Positions 53,118 through 62,702 of a stretch of DNA of 64,000 nucleotides are shown here, piece by piece (the first letter of the stretch is position 1; each line of letters begins with the position of its first letter). The notes below the pieces were generated by a model. It saw only the letters and a list, made by a program, of their open reading frames with translations. It did no database searches and had not been told where the DNA came from. Location: the NCBI GenBank assembly GCA_022779465.1, contig JALFTB010000035.1:382-64381 (forward strand), written 5' to 3'. A program made the position numbers and the translations under genes. The stretch comes from a bacterium. GTDB taxonomy: Bacteria > Bacillota_I > Bacilli_A > RF39 > UBA660.

Positions 53118-54464
53118 TTACTTGTTTTCTTCTTTTTTGATGTAGTTTCTAAAGTTGCTCATATCCCTTTCAAATAATAATTCGATGGTACCTGTTCCAC
53201 CGTTACGATGTTTACCGATGATTAATTCTGTAATTGATACATTTGAACTATCACCAGCTGGTTTATTATAATAATCATCGCGATATAAGAATGCAACAAT
53301 GTCAGCATCTTGTTCGATTGAACCAGATTCTCTTAAATCACTCATGATTGGTCTTTTGTTTTCACGTAGTTCAACACTACGAGATAACTGTGCTAAAGCA
53401 ATTACTGGTATTTTTAATTCCATGGCCATCGTTTTTAAGGAACGAGATATTTCTGATACCTCTTGTTGACGATTTCCTTCGTATTTAGCACTACCTGTAA
53501 TAAGCTGTAAGTAATCGATTACTACTAAGCCTAAGCCTTTTTCTTGGGTAGCTAAACGACGACATTTGGCTCTTATTTCAGAAATAGTCATACCTGATGA
53601 ATCTTCAATATAAAGGTTAGTATCTCCAAGTTCGCTCATTGCTTCATTTACTTTTTTCCAATCGTTGTGTTCCAAACGGCCAGTTTTTAATTTATTTTGT
53701 TCTATTCCTCCGGCAGCTGCAATCATACGTAATGCAAGTTGTTCTGCACTCATTTCCATATTAAAGATAGCAACTGCTTTATCTGTCTTTTGTGCAGCAT
53801 TTACTGCTAAATTTAAACCAAATGCTGTTTTACCCATGGCAGGTCTTGCTGCTAAGATAATTAATTCATTTGGATGAAAACCGCTTGTTAATTTATCTAA
53901 ATCATAGAATCCTGAAGGTATACCAGTTATTTCATTTTGATTTTTAGCTAGACGTTCAAGTTCTTGTTGAGTGCTACGCATTACTTCGCCAATTGTTTTA
54001 AATTCGCCAGCTTTTCTTGCTTTAGTTACACTAAATATTTTTCTTTCAGCATCATCAATTAAATCATTGGTATTTTCTTCTTCATCGTAAGCACTAGATG
54101 TAATTGCATTGGTAACATCTATAAGTTTTCTTCTAAGTGCTTTTTCTCTTACGATATCAATGTAATAATCAACATTAGCTGCGGTTATTACTGAATCTAT
54201 TACTTCACTTAAGTATTCGATTCCACCAATAAGATTGATGGAACCTTTTTTTTCAATTTCATTTTTTACTGTTGCAGAATCAAGTGGTATTTTACTTTGA
54301 TGTAAAGATTTAATTGCATCAAAAATTCTTCTATTAGGCTCGCTAATAAACATATCTGAATCTAACTCTTCACACACTTTATCTAGCGCATAATTGGTTA
54401 GAAATGAGCAACCTAAAACAGCCATTTCGGCTTCTAAATTTTGAGGCAATTTTCTTTCTGCCAT
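53118..54464 (-). CDS. dnaB: Replicative DNA helicase
   Basis: 448 aa. PQNLEAEMAVLG start and Walker A ARPAMGKT. It follows rplI. Confidence 0.96.
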   Translation of the reverse strand: MAERKLPQNLEAEMAVLGCSFLTNYALDKVCEELDSDMFISEPNRRIFDAIKSLHQSKIPLDSATVKNEIEKKGSINLIGGIEYLSEVIDSVITAANVDYYIDIVREKALRRKLIDVTNAITSSAYDEEENTNDLIDDAERKIFSVTKARKAGEFKTIGEVMRSTQQELERLAKNQNEITGIPSGFYDLDKLTSGFHPNELIILAARPAMGKTAFGLNLAVNAAQKTDKAVAIFNMEMSAEQLALRMIAAAGGIEQNKLKTGRLEHNDWKKVNEAMSELGDTNLYIEDSSGMTISEIRAKCRRLATQEKGLGLVVIDYLQLITGSAKYEGNRQQEVSEISRSLKTMAMELKIPVIALAQLSRSVELRENKRPIMSDLRESGSIEQDADIVAFLYRDDYYNKPAGDSSNVSITELIIGKHRNGGTGTIELLFERDMSNFRNYIKKEENK

Positions 54465-54465
54465 A

Positions 54466-54909
54466 TTACACCTCTTTAACTACTACTTTTGCTTCAGCTT
54501 TAACTTTTTTGTGTAAGTTTATTTCAACTAAATGTGTCCCCAATGTATCGATTGGATTTGTTATATTAATTGTTTTTTTATCTACTTCTATTTTTAGTTC
54601 TGCTAATTTCTCAGCAATTTGTTTTGAAGAAATAGTACCAAATATTTTACCATTTTTTCCAGTTTTTGCATTAAAAATTAGTTCTTTTTTTTCAATTTTT
54701 GCTTTTATTTCCTTACATTTCTCAATTAATGCCTCTTCATCGGCATTTCTTTTGGAAATTTGGTTATCTAAAATGTTTTTACTTGCAGGTGTATATTTTA
54801 CTGCTAATCCATTTTTAATAAGAAAGTTTTGAGCGTATCCATCACTTACTTCGATAATTTGATCTTTTTTTCCTTGTTTTTTTACGTCTTTTAATAAAAT
54901 TACTTTCAT
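54466..54909 (-). CDS. rplI: 50S ribosomal protein L9
   Basis: 147 aa with the [15 protein letters not shown] start. Confidence 0.93.
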   Translation of the reverse strand: MKVILLKDVKKQGKKDQIIEVSDGYAQNFLIKNGLAVKYTPASKNILDNQISKRNADEEALIEKCKEIKAKIEKKELIFNAKTGKNGKIFGTISSKQIAEKLAELKIEVDKKTINITNPIDTLGTHLVEINLHKKVKAEAKVVVKEV

Positions 54910-54999
54910 GATATAAAAACTCCCATCTAACCAAGGTTATTATAACAAATATTTATAAAAAAAGATACCCTTACAGGTACCTATTAAATGATGGTTATT

Positions 55000-56568
55000 T
55001 TACCAGTGGTTCCATTCATTTCTAAATATTAATCCTTCTGGAGTGAGTTCGTAAATTTCATTGCATACTTCATCAATATATTTACGATCGTGACTTACAC
55101 TAATTATTGTTCCTTTAAACTCTTTTAAAAGTTTTCTTATTACGGGATTTGATAATGGACTTAAGTTTCTAGTTGGCTCATCTAAAATCAAAACATTGGA
55201 TTGATCTAAGATTAGCTTTATTAGCAATAGTTTAGCTTTTTGACCACCAGAAAGATTTTCAATTTTTCCTAAAACTTCTTCTTTAGTAAATTTTAAACTT
55301 CCTAGATATGTTCTAACTTGAGTTTGAAAATCTTTTGATTTATCATTTTCTGTCAAAAGTTCGAGTGGAGTTTTAGCTAAATCTAATAGTTCATCATAAT
55401 TTTGTGACATATATCCGACTTGTATATCTTCTCTAGTTTTTAAATCTTCATAAATTTTTTTTAGAAAAGTGGTTTTACCAGCACCATTTCGGCCAATTAT
55501 TACAACATGTTTACTGCCAAATATGCTTAAACTAACATTGCGTGATAATTCTTTTTCTCCTTGAACTAGAGATGGTATAGAAATATCTAATACCATTTTT
55601 CCAGATGGAATTTCTTTAGTTACAACGTTTTTAATAGTGATTGCCTCTTCAACATCTGGTATTTCAGTGAAATTTTCTTTTTCTCTCTCATATCTTTTTT
55701 CTTGAGATTTTAGTGATTTCATTTTTTTCTTTAGTAAAGCTGCCCCATGAGGGTCTGCTCTAGTGATATTTTTCTGCTGATATTCAACTTTTTGATAAAC
55801 TTCTCTAAATCCAGCCATCTGTTTATTGTAATCACTTTGTTCTTTTCTTGCAACCATTTCTTGATGTGATAATGTTCTATTTCTTAACTCTATATAGTCT
55901 TTGTATCCTTCATAACTGACTGTATGTCTACAGTCAGTTTTTTTCTTTGTAGATTCTAAATGGATAATTCCAGTTGCCGTGTTTTCTAGTAGGGTTTCAT
56001 CGTGGGAAACATATAATATGGCTGCATCAGAGTTATTTATGAAATTTTCTAACCATTCTAAAGTCTCAATATCAATGTCATTGGTTGGCTCATCCAGTAA
56101 TAAAACATCAGGTTTTTTACACAAAATTTTAATAATTTGAATTTTGACTTTCTCACCACCAGACAAAGTTTTTATTTTCCTATCTTCTTCTAGCATTTCA
56201 TCGTCCAATCCAAATTTAGCAAATAAACTATAGATGTCAGTTAGATAGTTGTAATTATCAAAATTAACGTCTTCATCTGGATTATCTTTTAGAAAATAAT
56301 CTATTACACTGCTCTCTTTCCATTTATCTTGAAGAGATTGTTCAAGGTATCCAATATGAAGTCCTTTTGTATTTACTTGTCCAGTTACTGTTGCATATTC
56401 CATTACTGTTTTTTGATCAGTAACTAATTTTAATAAAGTGCTTTTGCCATTTCCTTCTTCTCCGATTATTGCCATTTTTTCTTTAGGGTGTAACACAAAT
56501 GTAAAATCTTTAATTATTGGTCTATTATCTTTTTTTATAATTATACTAACTTTATTAAATTCCAGCAT
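55000..56568 (-). CDS. ABC-F family ATPase (tandem NBDs, no TM domain)
   Basis: Two complete ABC cassettes are present (GEEGNGKST/LSGGEKVK/LLLDEPT and GRNGAGKTT/LSGGQKAK/LILDEPT). They are joined by a charged linker of about 80 aa. Start set to MLEFNK (ATG at 56568), after AAGGAG. Confidence 0.85.
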   Translation of the reverse strand: MLEFNKVSIIIKKDNRPIIKDFTFVLHPKEKMAIIGEEGNGKSTLLKLVTDQKTVMEYATVTGQVNTKGLHIGYLEQSLQDKWKESSVIDYFLKDNPDEDVNFDNYNYLTDIYSLFAKFGLDDEMLEEDRKIKTLSGGEKVKIQIIKILCKKPDVLLLDEPTNDIDIETLEWLENFINNSDAAILYVSHDETLLENTATGIIHLESTKKKTDCRHTVSYEGYKDYIELRNRTLSHQEMVARKEQSDYNKQMAGFREVYQKVEYQQKNITRADPHGAALLKKKMKSLKSQEKRYEREKENFTEIPDVEEAITIKNVVTKEIPSGKMVLDISIPSLVQGEKELSRNVSLSIFGSKHVVIIGRNGAGKTTFLKKIYEDLKTREDIQVGYMSQNYDELLDLAKTPLELLTENDKSKDFQTQVRTYLGSLKFTKEEVLGKIENLSGGQKAKLLLIKLILDQSNVLILDEPTRNLSPLSNPVIRKLLKEFKGTIISVSHDRKYIDEVCNEIYELTPEGLIFRNEWNHW

Positions 56569-56630
56569 TTTAGTTCTCCTTATAATATATTTTCTACTTA
56601 TTAAATGCACAAAAAATAGAAGGCGTGCTT

Positions 56631-56846
56631 CTATTTTACAAATGGTATTAAAGCCATAAAACGTGCTCTTTTAACTTGTTTAGAAATATATCTTTGATGT
56701 TTAGCGCATGCTCCAGTCATTCTACGAGGCATAATTTTGCCTTTATCATTAATATATTTACTAATTATGTTAACATCTTTATAATCAACGTCTTTGCCAG
56801 CACACATTTGACAAATCTTTTTCTTTTTACGATAAAATTCAGCCAT
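56631..56846 (-). CDS. rpsR: 30S ribosomal protein S18
   Basis: 71 aa, in the rpsF-ssb-rpsR order. Confidence 0.95.
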   Translation of the reverse strand: MAEFYRKKKKICQMCAGKDVDYKDVNIISKYINDKGKIMPRRMTGACAKHQRYISKQVKRARFMALIPFVK

Positions 56847-56858
56847 TTTTAATCCTTT

Positions 56859-57311
56859 CTAAAATGGTAAATCGTCATCACTAAGTACTACTTCTGAACC
56901 AAAGTCTTTAAATGGATCTTCAGTTATATCAGATGTCTCGATAGGATTTGAATTTACATTTTCTTGTGGCATTCCATCAGAAGAATTACCACTATTTCTA
57001 CTGCCTAAGAATGAAATATTGCTTGCTGCAACTTCTGTTACATAAACTTTTCTTCCATCTTGACCATCATAATTTCTTGTTTGGATACGACCAGTTACTC
57101 CAACTAGTGATCCTTTTGTACAAAATTTACATAAATTTTCTGCTTGTTTTCCCCAGATTACACAGTTAATAAAATCTGTTTCTCTTTCGCCATTTGCATT
57201 AGTAAATTGACGTGAAACTGCTACTGTAAAAGAACAAGTAGTATTACCAGTACTTATAGTTCTAAGTTCTGGATCTTTTGTTAGTCTTCCAACTAAAGTA
57301 ACATTATTCAT
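56859..57311 (-). CDS. ssb: Single-stranded DNA-binding protein
   Basis: 150 aa with an OB fold (MNNVTLVGRLTKDPE) and an acidic DDDLPF tail. Confidence 0.95.
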   Translation of the reverse strand: MNNVTLVGRLTKDPELRTISTGNTTCSFTVAVSRQFTNANGERETDFINCVIWGKQAENLCKFCTKGSLVGVTGRIQTRNYDGQDGRKVYVTEVAASNISFLGSRNSGNSSDGMPQENVNSNPIETSDITEDPFKDFGSEVVLSDDDLPF

Positions 57312-57314
57312 TTA

Positions 57315-57605
57315 TTACTCCTCATCTAGTTTAATAATTTGATGTCTTAATATGTTTTCATTAAGTCTAGCTTTACGATCAAATTCAGCAATTGCTTCAT
57401 GACTAGCTTCAACTGTTAATACATAATAAAAACCACTAATTTCTTTTTTGATTGGGTAAGCTAATTCTCTTTGTCCCATATCTTTAGAATTTTCTACTTT
57501 ACCTTTCATGTCAGTAATAATAGATGTTAGAGATTCAACTGTTGATTTAACAACTGATTCTTCTAAAGTAGTTTTTACGATAAACATAATTTCGTATTTG
57601 TCCAT
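57315..57605 (-). CDS. rpsF: 30S ribosomal protein S6
   Basis: 96 aa with the YEIMFIV start. Confidence 0.93.
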   Translation of the reverse strand: MDKYEIMFIVKTTLEESVVKSTVESLTSIITDMKGKVENSKDMGQRELAYPIKKEISGFYYVLTVEASHEAIAEFDRKARLNENILRHQIIKLDEE

Positions 57606-57700
57606 TTTTCTATCCTCCTTCTGGTCTATTCGGCTTTGTATAACAAAGCAAGGAGCTTTCGCTCACGCAGTATTATAGCATACACTTTAATTATATGCAA
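57606..57700 (-). promoter_or_regulatory. rpsF promoter and structured 5' leader (possible S6:S18 autoregulatory leader)
   Basis: TTGCAT (57695-57700), a 17-nt spacer, then TATAAT (57672-57677) on the minus strand. Hairpins GAGC-GAAA-GCUC and GCUUUG-UUAUA-CAAAGC follow before the GGAGG RBS. Confidence 0.5.
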
Positions 57701-57728
57701 ATAAAAAAGTGTTAATAAATTAGCACTT

Positions 57729-58826
57729 TTAAACATTAAATCTAAAGTAAACAATATCGCCGTCTTGCATAAGATATTCTTTACCTTCTAAACGCATTTT
57801 TCCAGCTTCTTTTACTTTTAATTCGCTGCCGCATTCTTTTAAATCATCAAATGACATTATTTCAGCTTTAATGAATCCTCTTTGGAAATCTGAATGGATA
57901 ATTCCGGCACATTCTGGTGCTTTCATTCCTTTTTTAAATGTCCATGCACGGCATTCATCTTTTCCGGATGTAAAGAATGTCTGTAATCCTAATAAATCGT
58001 ATGTGGCAAATATTAGTTTATCTAAACCACTATTTGAAATGCCCATTTCTTTTAGGAATTCAGCTTTGTCATCGTCATTCATTTCAGCTAGTTCACTTTC
58101 CATTTTTGCACATACAACTATGACACTAGCATTTTCTTTTGAGGCATATTCTGATACCATATCAGTATATTTATTGTGTCCTAAAATAGCATCATCTTCA
58201 TCAACATTGGCCATATAAATAATTGGCTTTAATGTTATTAAGCAAAATGGTTTTAGGACTAGTAATTCATCTTTATCAAATTCTAATCTTCTTAAAGGAA
58301 TATTATGCATAAGAGCATCTTCACATTTTTTTAAGGTTGCAAACTCTAGTAATTCTCCTTTATCTTTAGTCATTTCACATTTTTTAGCTATTTTACCAAT
58401 TCGATTTTGAACTATTTCTAAGTCACTAATTGCTAATTCTAAATTAATGATTTCAATGTCTCTGATTGGATCTATTTGTCCTTCTACATGAATAATATCT
58501 CCATTTTCAAAACATCTTACTACTTCAACTATAGCATCTACTTCTCTAATATGACTTAAGAATTTATTTCCTAATCCTTCTCCTTGAGATGCACCCTTTA
58601 CTAGACCAGCAATATCAGTAAATTCATAAGTTGTGGGTATTGTTCTTTCTGGCAGATATAGATTTTCTAGATATTCTAATCTTGAATCTGGTACAGTTAC
58701 TACTCCAACATTTGGATCTATTGTAGCAAAAGGATAGTTTGCAGCTAAAATATTCTTTTTAGTTATGGCATTAAATAATGTGCTTTTTCCGACATTTGGT
58801 AATCCAACTATTCCTGCTTTTAACAT
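57729..58826 (-). CDS. ychF: Ribosome-binding ATPase YchF
   Basis: 365 aa with GLPNVGKST and a C-terminal TGS-like domain. Confidence 0.96.
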   Translation of the reverse strand: MLKAGIVGLPNVGKSTLFNAITKKNILAANYPFATIDPNVGVVTVPDSRLEYLENLYLPERTIPTTYEFTDIAGLVKGASQGEGLGNKFLSHIREVDAIVEVVRCFENGDIIHVEGQIDPIRDIEIINLELAISDLEIVQNRIGKIAKKCEMTKDKGELLEFATLKKCEDALMHNIPLRRLEFDKDELLVLKPFCLITLKPIIYMANVDEDDAILGHNKYTDMVSEYASKENASVIVVCAKMESELAEMNDDDKAEFLKEMGISNSGLDKLIFATYDLLGLQTFFTSGKDECRAWTFKKGMKAPECAGIIHSDFQRGFIKAEIMSFDDLKECGSELKVKEAGKMRLEGKEYLMQDGDIVYFRFNV

Positions 58827-58828
58827 TT

Positions 58829-59833
58829 TTATTTCTCACTTTCTAGGATTTCTTTTTTGATTTTTTCTAAATCTGGTTTTACTCCTCTTTTATATAGTAC
58901 TTGGATGATGTCCATTCCGGGACCACGGTTTCCTTCAATTAATAATGGGCCGTTGTCTGTTATGGCTACATCCCAACCAACGATGTTTACTTTATCATTA
59001 ACTTTGGCTGCTTGGCAAGTCATTTCGACAATTTCTTTCCAGTAAGGTATTTTAAATCCATCTACTTTTATGTGAGTTGCGGATGTATATTCACTTTCAT
59101 TATTTTTCTTGTCAATTGTAGGGCCTTCTAATACTCCTTTTTCAATGTTAACTTTTACTCCACATCCGCCTTGGTGAAAATTATCAACAATTGATTTGCC
59201 GGAACCAATACGAACTACAGCAAAAATAACTTCAGCTTTGCCTTTGATACATTTAGTAACTACTCTTACTGTGTTTATACTGTTTGGGCTTAGTTTTGAC
59301 CATTCTTTGTTTTGAATTACTAGTTCTTCAATAAGACAATTATCTTTTTTTAGATTTTCGTAGAATTCATTTATGTCTTTAATATCTTTTGTATCTATTT
59401 TTTCAACATTAGCTCCACCTAAACCAGTTATAGGTTTTCTTACTACTGAATCATGACTTTCAATAAACTTTTTTACTTTAGGTAGACCATCGTCATAACT
59501 TACACATTTTCTTTTAGTAAATTTTTTAAAATTTTTATGAAAATTTACTTTATTTGAGAAAAATGGAGCATATTCCCAGTTGGCTGCTAAACGATAAAAT
59601 TCATGTTGATAGCCAATTGTTGCATATTCTTTTCTTTCTTTCCATGATTTGTCATAAAATTTATAATTTACATAATCTTGTAAGCCCGATTTACAAACTA
59701 AGCAAGATAATCCAGTATCAATAAACATTAATATTGGACTTTTACCATTTGTTTTTGATAAAACTTTTAAATCATTATAGTATCTTTTATAGTTTCCTTT
59801 TAGGGCAAATTTTAATAATCCCATAGTTATCAC
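58829..59833 (-). CDS. ATP-grasp fold protein (sugar-transfer-associated ATP-grasp-like)
   Basis: 334 aa. VVRKPITGLGGANV, HQGGCGVKV and LLIEGNRGPG are consistent with an ATP-grasp fold. The family call comes from memory only. Confidence 0.5.
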   Translation of the reverse strand: MITMGLLKFALKGNYKRYYNDLKVLSKTNGKSPILMFIDTGLSCLVCKSGLQDYVNYKFYDKSWKERKEYATIGYQHEFYRLAANWEYAPFFSNKVNFHKNFKKFTKRKCVSYDDGLPKVKKFIESHDSVVRKPITGLGGANVEKIDTKDIKDINEFYENLKKDNCLIEELVIQNKEWSKLSPNSINTVRVVTKCIKGKAEVIFAVVRIGSGKSIVDNFHQGGCGVKVNIEKGVLEGPTIDKKNNESEYTSATHIKVDGFKIPYWKEIVEMTCQAAKVNDKVNIVGWDVAITDNGPLLIEGNRGPGMDIIQVLYKRGVKPDLEKIKKEILESEK

Positions 59834-59860
59834 TCCTATGTTTTAGTATATCATATTTTG

Positions 59861-59888
59861 AAAAAAAGATTGACATAACGTCAATCTT
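59861..59888 (-). terminator. Rho-independent terminator of htrA
   Basis: Stem AAGATTGAC / GTCAATCTT followed by seven U on the minus strand. Confidence 0.75.
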
Positions 59889-60996
59889 AATTTGCTTTTT
59901 CAGTTAATTTAATATTTAAAGTTTCTTCTTTTGTTCCTCTTATTATTGTTACTTTTACTTTGTCACCAACACTATATGTATATAAATAGTATTTTAAGAA
60001 TGATGAATTTTTGATATCGTGATCGCCAAATTTAGTAATTACATCGCCTTGTTTAAAGCCCGCGTTATCGGCAACGCTTCCTTTTTGGACGTATGCAACT
60101 ACAGCACCTTCTTTAATAGATGAATTAATACTAAAGCCGTATTGGTACATAGCTTCGGTATTATTAATATCAACAAATCCTATTCCTAATAATGGTCTTT
60201 CAATTTTTCCATCAGTAATAATGTTTTCAGCAACTTTAGTAGCATCTTCAATTGGAATAGCGAAGCCCATTCCTTCAACTCCACTACTTACTAATTTCAT
60301 ATTAGTAATTCCGATTACTTCTCCGTTAGAGTTAGCAATTGGTCCACCTGAGTTTCCAGAGTTTATTGCAGCATCGGTTTGAATAACTTTCATAACCCAA
60401 CTATTTGTATTATTGCTTCCTGAATTTACTTCTACTAAACGGTCTTTACCACTTAGGATTCCTCTGGTTACAGTCCAAGAGTATTCTGATTCTAAAGGTG
60501 CACCGATAGTAAATACTGTATCTCCTAATCTTGCTTTTTCTGAAGAACCTAAGTCAGCAACTTTAATAATTTTATCTTTATCTATTGATAATACAGCGAT
60601 ATCTGCATATTCATCTGATCCAACTACTTTAACATCGTATGTCTTATCATTTGTAAATTTAACTTTTATTGTGTCATAGCCAGATACAACGTGATGATTT
60701 GTTAAGATGTATGCAGTATTACCTTCTACTTTATAAACAAAACCTGTTCCACTACTTTGTAAATATCCTTTTTTGTAGCTTCCTACAACTACAACTGAGT
60801 CATATAATTTTTCTACTGCATCTGCTATCCCATTTTCATTTATTGTTACTTCTTTTTCTAGCTTATTAACTACTGTTTGGCTAAATAAACCATGTTCAGT
60901 AATGAAGTAATACATTACACCAGCGCCTAATAATAAACATACTGTAGCGATTATTGGTATTATTATTCTGTTATTGTTTTTACTTTTCTTTTCCAC
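59887..60996 (-). CDS. htrA: HtrA/DegP-family serine protease with a PDZ domain
   Basis: 369 aa. It has an N-terminal TM segment and the catalytic triad context TNHHV, DIAVL and GNSGGP. A C-terminal PDZ domain is present. Confidence 0.9.
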   Translation of the reverse strand: MEKKSKNNNRIIIPIIATVCLLLGAGVMYYFITEHGLFSQTVVNKLEKEVTINENGIADAVEKLYDSVVVVGSYKKGYLQSSGTGFVYKVEGNTAYILTNHHVVSGYDTIKVKFTNDKTYDVKVVGSDEYADIAVLSIDKDKIIKVADLGSSEKARLGDTVFTIGAPLESEYSWTVTRGILSGKDRLVEVNSGSNNTNSWVMKVIQTDAAINSGNSGGPIANSNGEVIGITNMKLVSSGVEGMGFAIPIEDATKVAENIITDGKIERPLLGIGFVDINNTEAMYQYGFSINSSIKEGAVVAYVQKGSVADNAGFKQGDVITKFGDHDIKNSSFLKYYLYTYSVGDKVKVTIIRGTKEETLNIKLTEKAN

Positions 60997-61006
60997 ATTT
61001 TCACCT

Positions 61007-61936
61007 TCAATAATTTAAAATATCTTTGTAATTTACTGGAAATCCCATCGTTTCCAATACTTTATTTACACTTATTGTGTGTAATTTTCCAGCAAGTATA
61101 TCTAACTCATAACTAAATTCACTAACTAATAATCTAAATTCATCTGGTCTTAATAATCTTTTTAATATTATTATTAAAGCGAATAAATCATCTTTACCGT
61201 ATATGTATTCTCCATCTAGAATTGGAATATCAAGTGCTGCGTGATATTTTGTATCACCAATTTCTTTTTGAGTCCGATGATCTAACAAGATATCTTCATG
61301 AGCACATAAATTACGGTAATTAGCAAGTATTGGTAAATATGTTATAAGATTTTCAACACTTACATTGTAAATATCTGATATTGCTTCTTGATCTGCTCTT
61401 TTCATAATGGTAAATAATTCACTAACTATTCCGAATGACAGAACTTTAACGACAACCCATAATGGAACATATCCATAATTATTTATATAATGGCTAGTAG
61501 CTGCATGTTGTGAACCGTTAATTCTAATTTGTCTTTTCATCTTTTTTAACAGGTCATTAACTTGACGTTGTTTTTCGGGATTACTGGTAAAGTTAGAACT
61601 TTTTAAATAGTCTTTTTCACGATAACCATATTGTTTTGATAATTGATATGAGAAAATACTTTTCATATTATTTTCAATAATAAGTAAATTTTTAAATATT
61701 ATGTTTCTTATTTGACGGTCAAAGTTAAATACTGCATACAATTCCTTAAAATTAGTATTTGGAAGAAATTGTCTATTAACATTGCTTTTAAAAAATAAGA
61801 AACGATATCCACTTAAAAAGAAATAATTTTCTCTTATCAAAATATCTTTAGCAAAATCAATATCATCTATAATCATGCCTTTATTTTGAAGTATTAATAT
61901 TTGCTCATCAATTGTTCTAAATACTTTTACTTTCAT
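61007..61936 (-). CDS. Abi_2 (AbiD/AbiF-like) abortive-infection family protein
   Basis: 309 aa. The N-terminus (IDEQILILQNKGMIIDD...NYFFLSGY) and central NLCAHEDIL motif are typical of the Abi-like (Abi_2) family. Confidence 0.75.
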   Translation of the reverse strand: MKVKVFRTIDEQILILQNKGMIIDDIDFAKDILIRENYFFLSGYRFLFFKSNVNRQFLPNTNFKELYAVFNFDRQIRNIIFKNLLIIENNMKSIFSYQLSKQYGYREKDYLKSSNFTSNPEKQRQVNDLLKKMKRQIRINGSQHAATSHYINNYGYVPLWVVVKVLSFGIVSELFTIMKRADQEAISDIYNVSVENLITYLPILANYRNLCAHEDILLDHRTQKEIGDTKYHAALDIPILDGEYIYGKDDLFALIIILKRLLRPDEFRLLVSEFSYELDILAGKLHTISVNKVLETMGFPVNYKDILNY

Positions 61937-62012
61937 TATTCCACCTATTATAGAATTATATCACATATTGCACTTAAATAATACTTGTTTAATATGAAAA
62001 ATTTATGAAATA

Positions 62013-62669
62013 TTAACTAAAATACTTAATTATTGATTGAGTTATAACTGCAGATAATTCTTTTTGGTATTTGGGATTTGTTAAATTTGTTAAATCTTTT
62101 TTATTTGATAAAAAGCCACATTCAACTAAGATTCCTGGTATGTTTAACTTATTATACATATAAGTATTGGTAGTTATTTTTATTTTACGTTTTGAATTGG
62201 TAAATCTATTTAAGTCTTCTTGTATTGTCTTGGCTATTTTTTCATTTTTGGAATTTGCATTTGAATAAAAAACTTGAGGACCATAATATTTGGGATTTGA
62301 ATAATTATTTTGATGAACTGAAATATACATATCAGCATTAGAATTATTAATTAATGCGATTCTGCTATCAAAATCACTTTTTTTACGCCTGGTAGCATTT
62401 GGTTTACTTAAATCAGCATCATCGGTTCTAGTTAATAATACTACTGCTCCAACATTTTCTAATTCTTTTTTTAATTTGTAAGTTATTGCTAAATTGATGT
62501 CTTTTTCTTTTATTTCATTTGCTGATGCTCCAGCATCTTTACCACCATGGCCACTATCAATAATTATAGTTTTTCCAACTAGAGGAAAGTTTGTTACATT
62601 AGCTTTAACTTTAAATATTGTTAATATAATAAAACAAGTAATTAATAATATTATTAATATTTTCTTCAT
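62013..62669 (-). CDS. cwlD: N-acetylmuramoyl-L-alanine amidase, CwlD-like (germination-specific type)
   Basis: 218 aa. It has a signal/TM N-terminus and Amidase_3 motifs (IIIDSGHGGKDAGA, ISVHQN, VECGFLSN). Its size and architecture match CwlD. Confidence 0.8.
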   Translation of the reverse strand: MKKILIILLITCFIILTIFKVKANVTNFPLVGKTIIIDSGHGGKDAGASANEIKEKDINLAITYKLKKELENVGAVVLLTRTDDADLSKPNATRRKKSDFDSRIALINNSNADMYISVHQNNYSNPKYYGPQVFYSNANSKNEKIAKTIQEDLNRFTNSKRKIKITTNTYMYNKLNIPGILVECGFLSNKKDLTNLTNPKYQKELSAVITQSIIKYFS

Positions 62670-62702
62670 ACTTTATTGTATTAAAAAAATGACAAAATAA
62701 TG

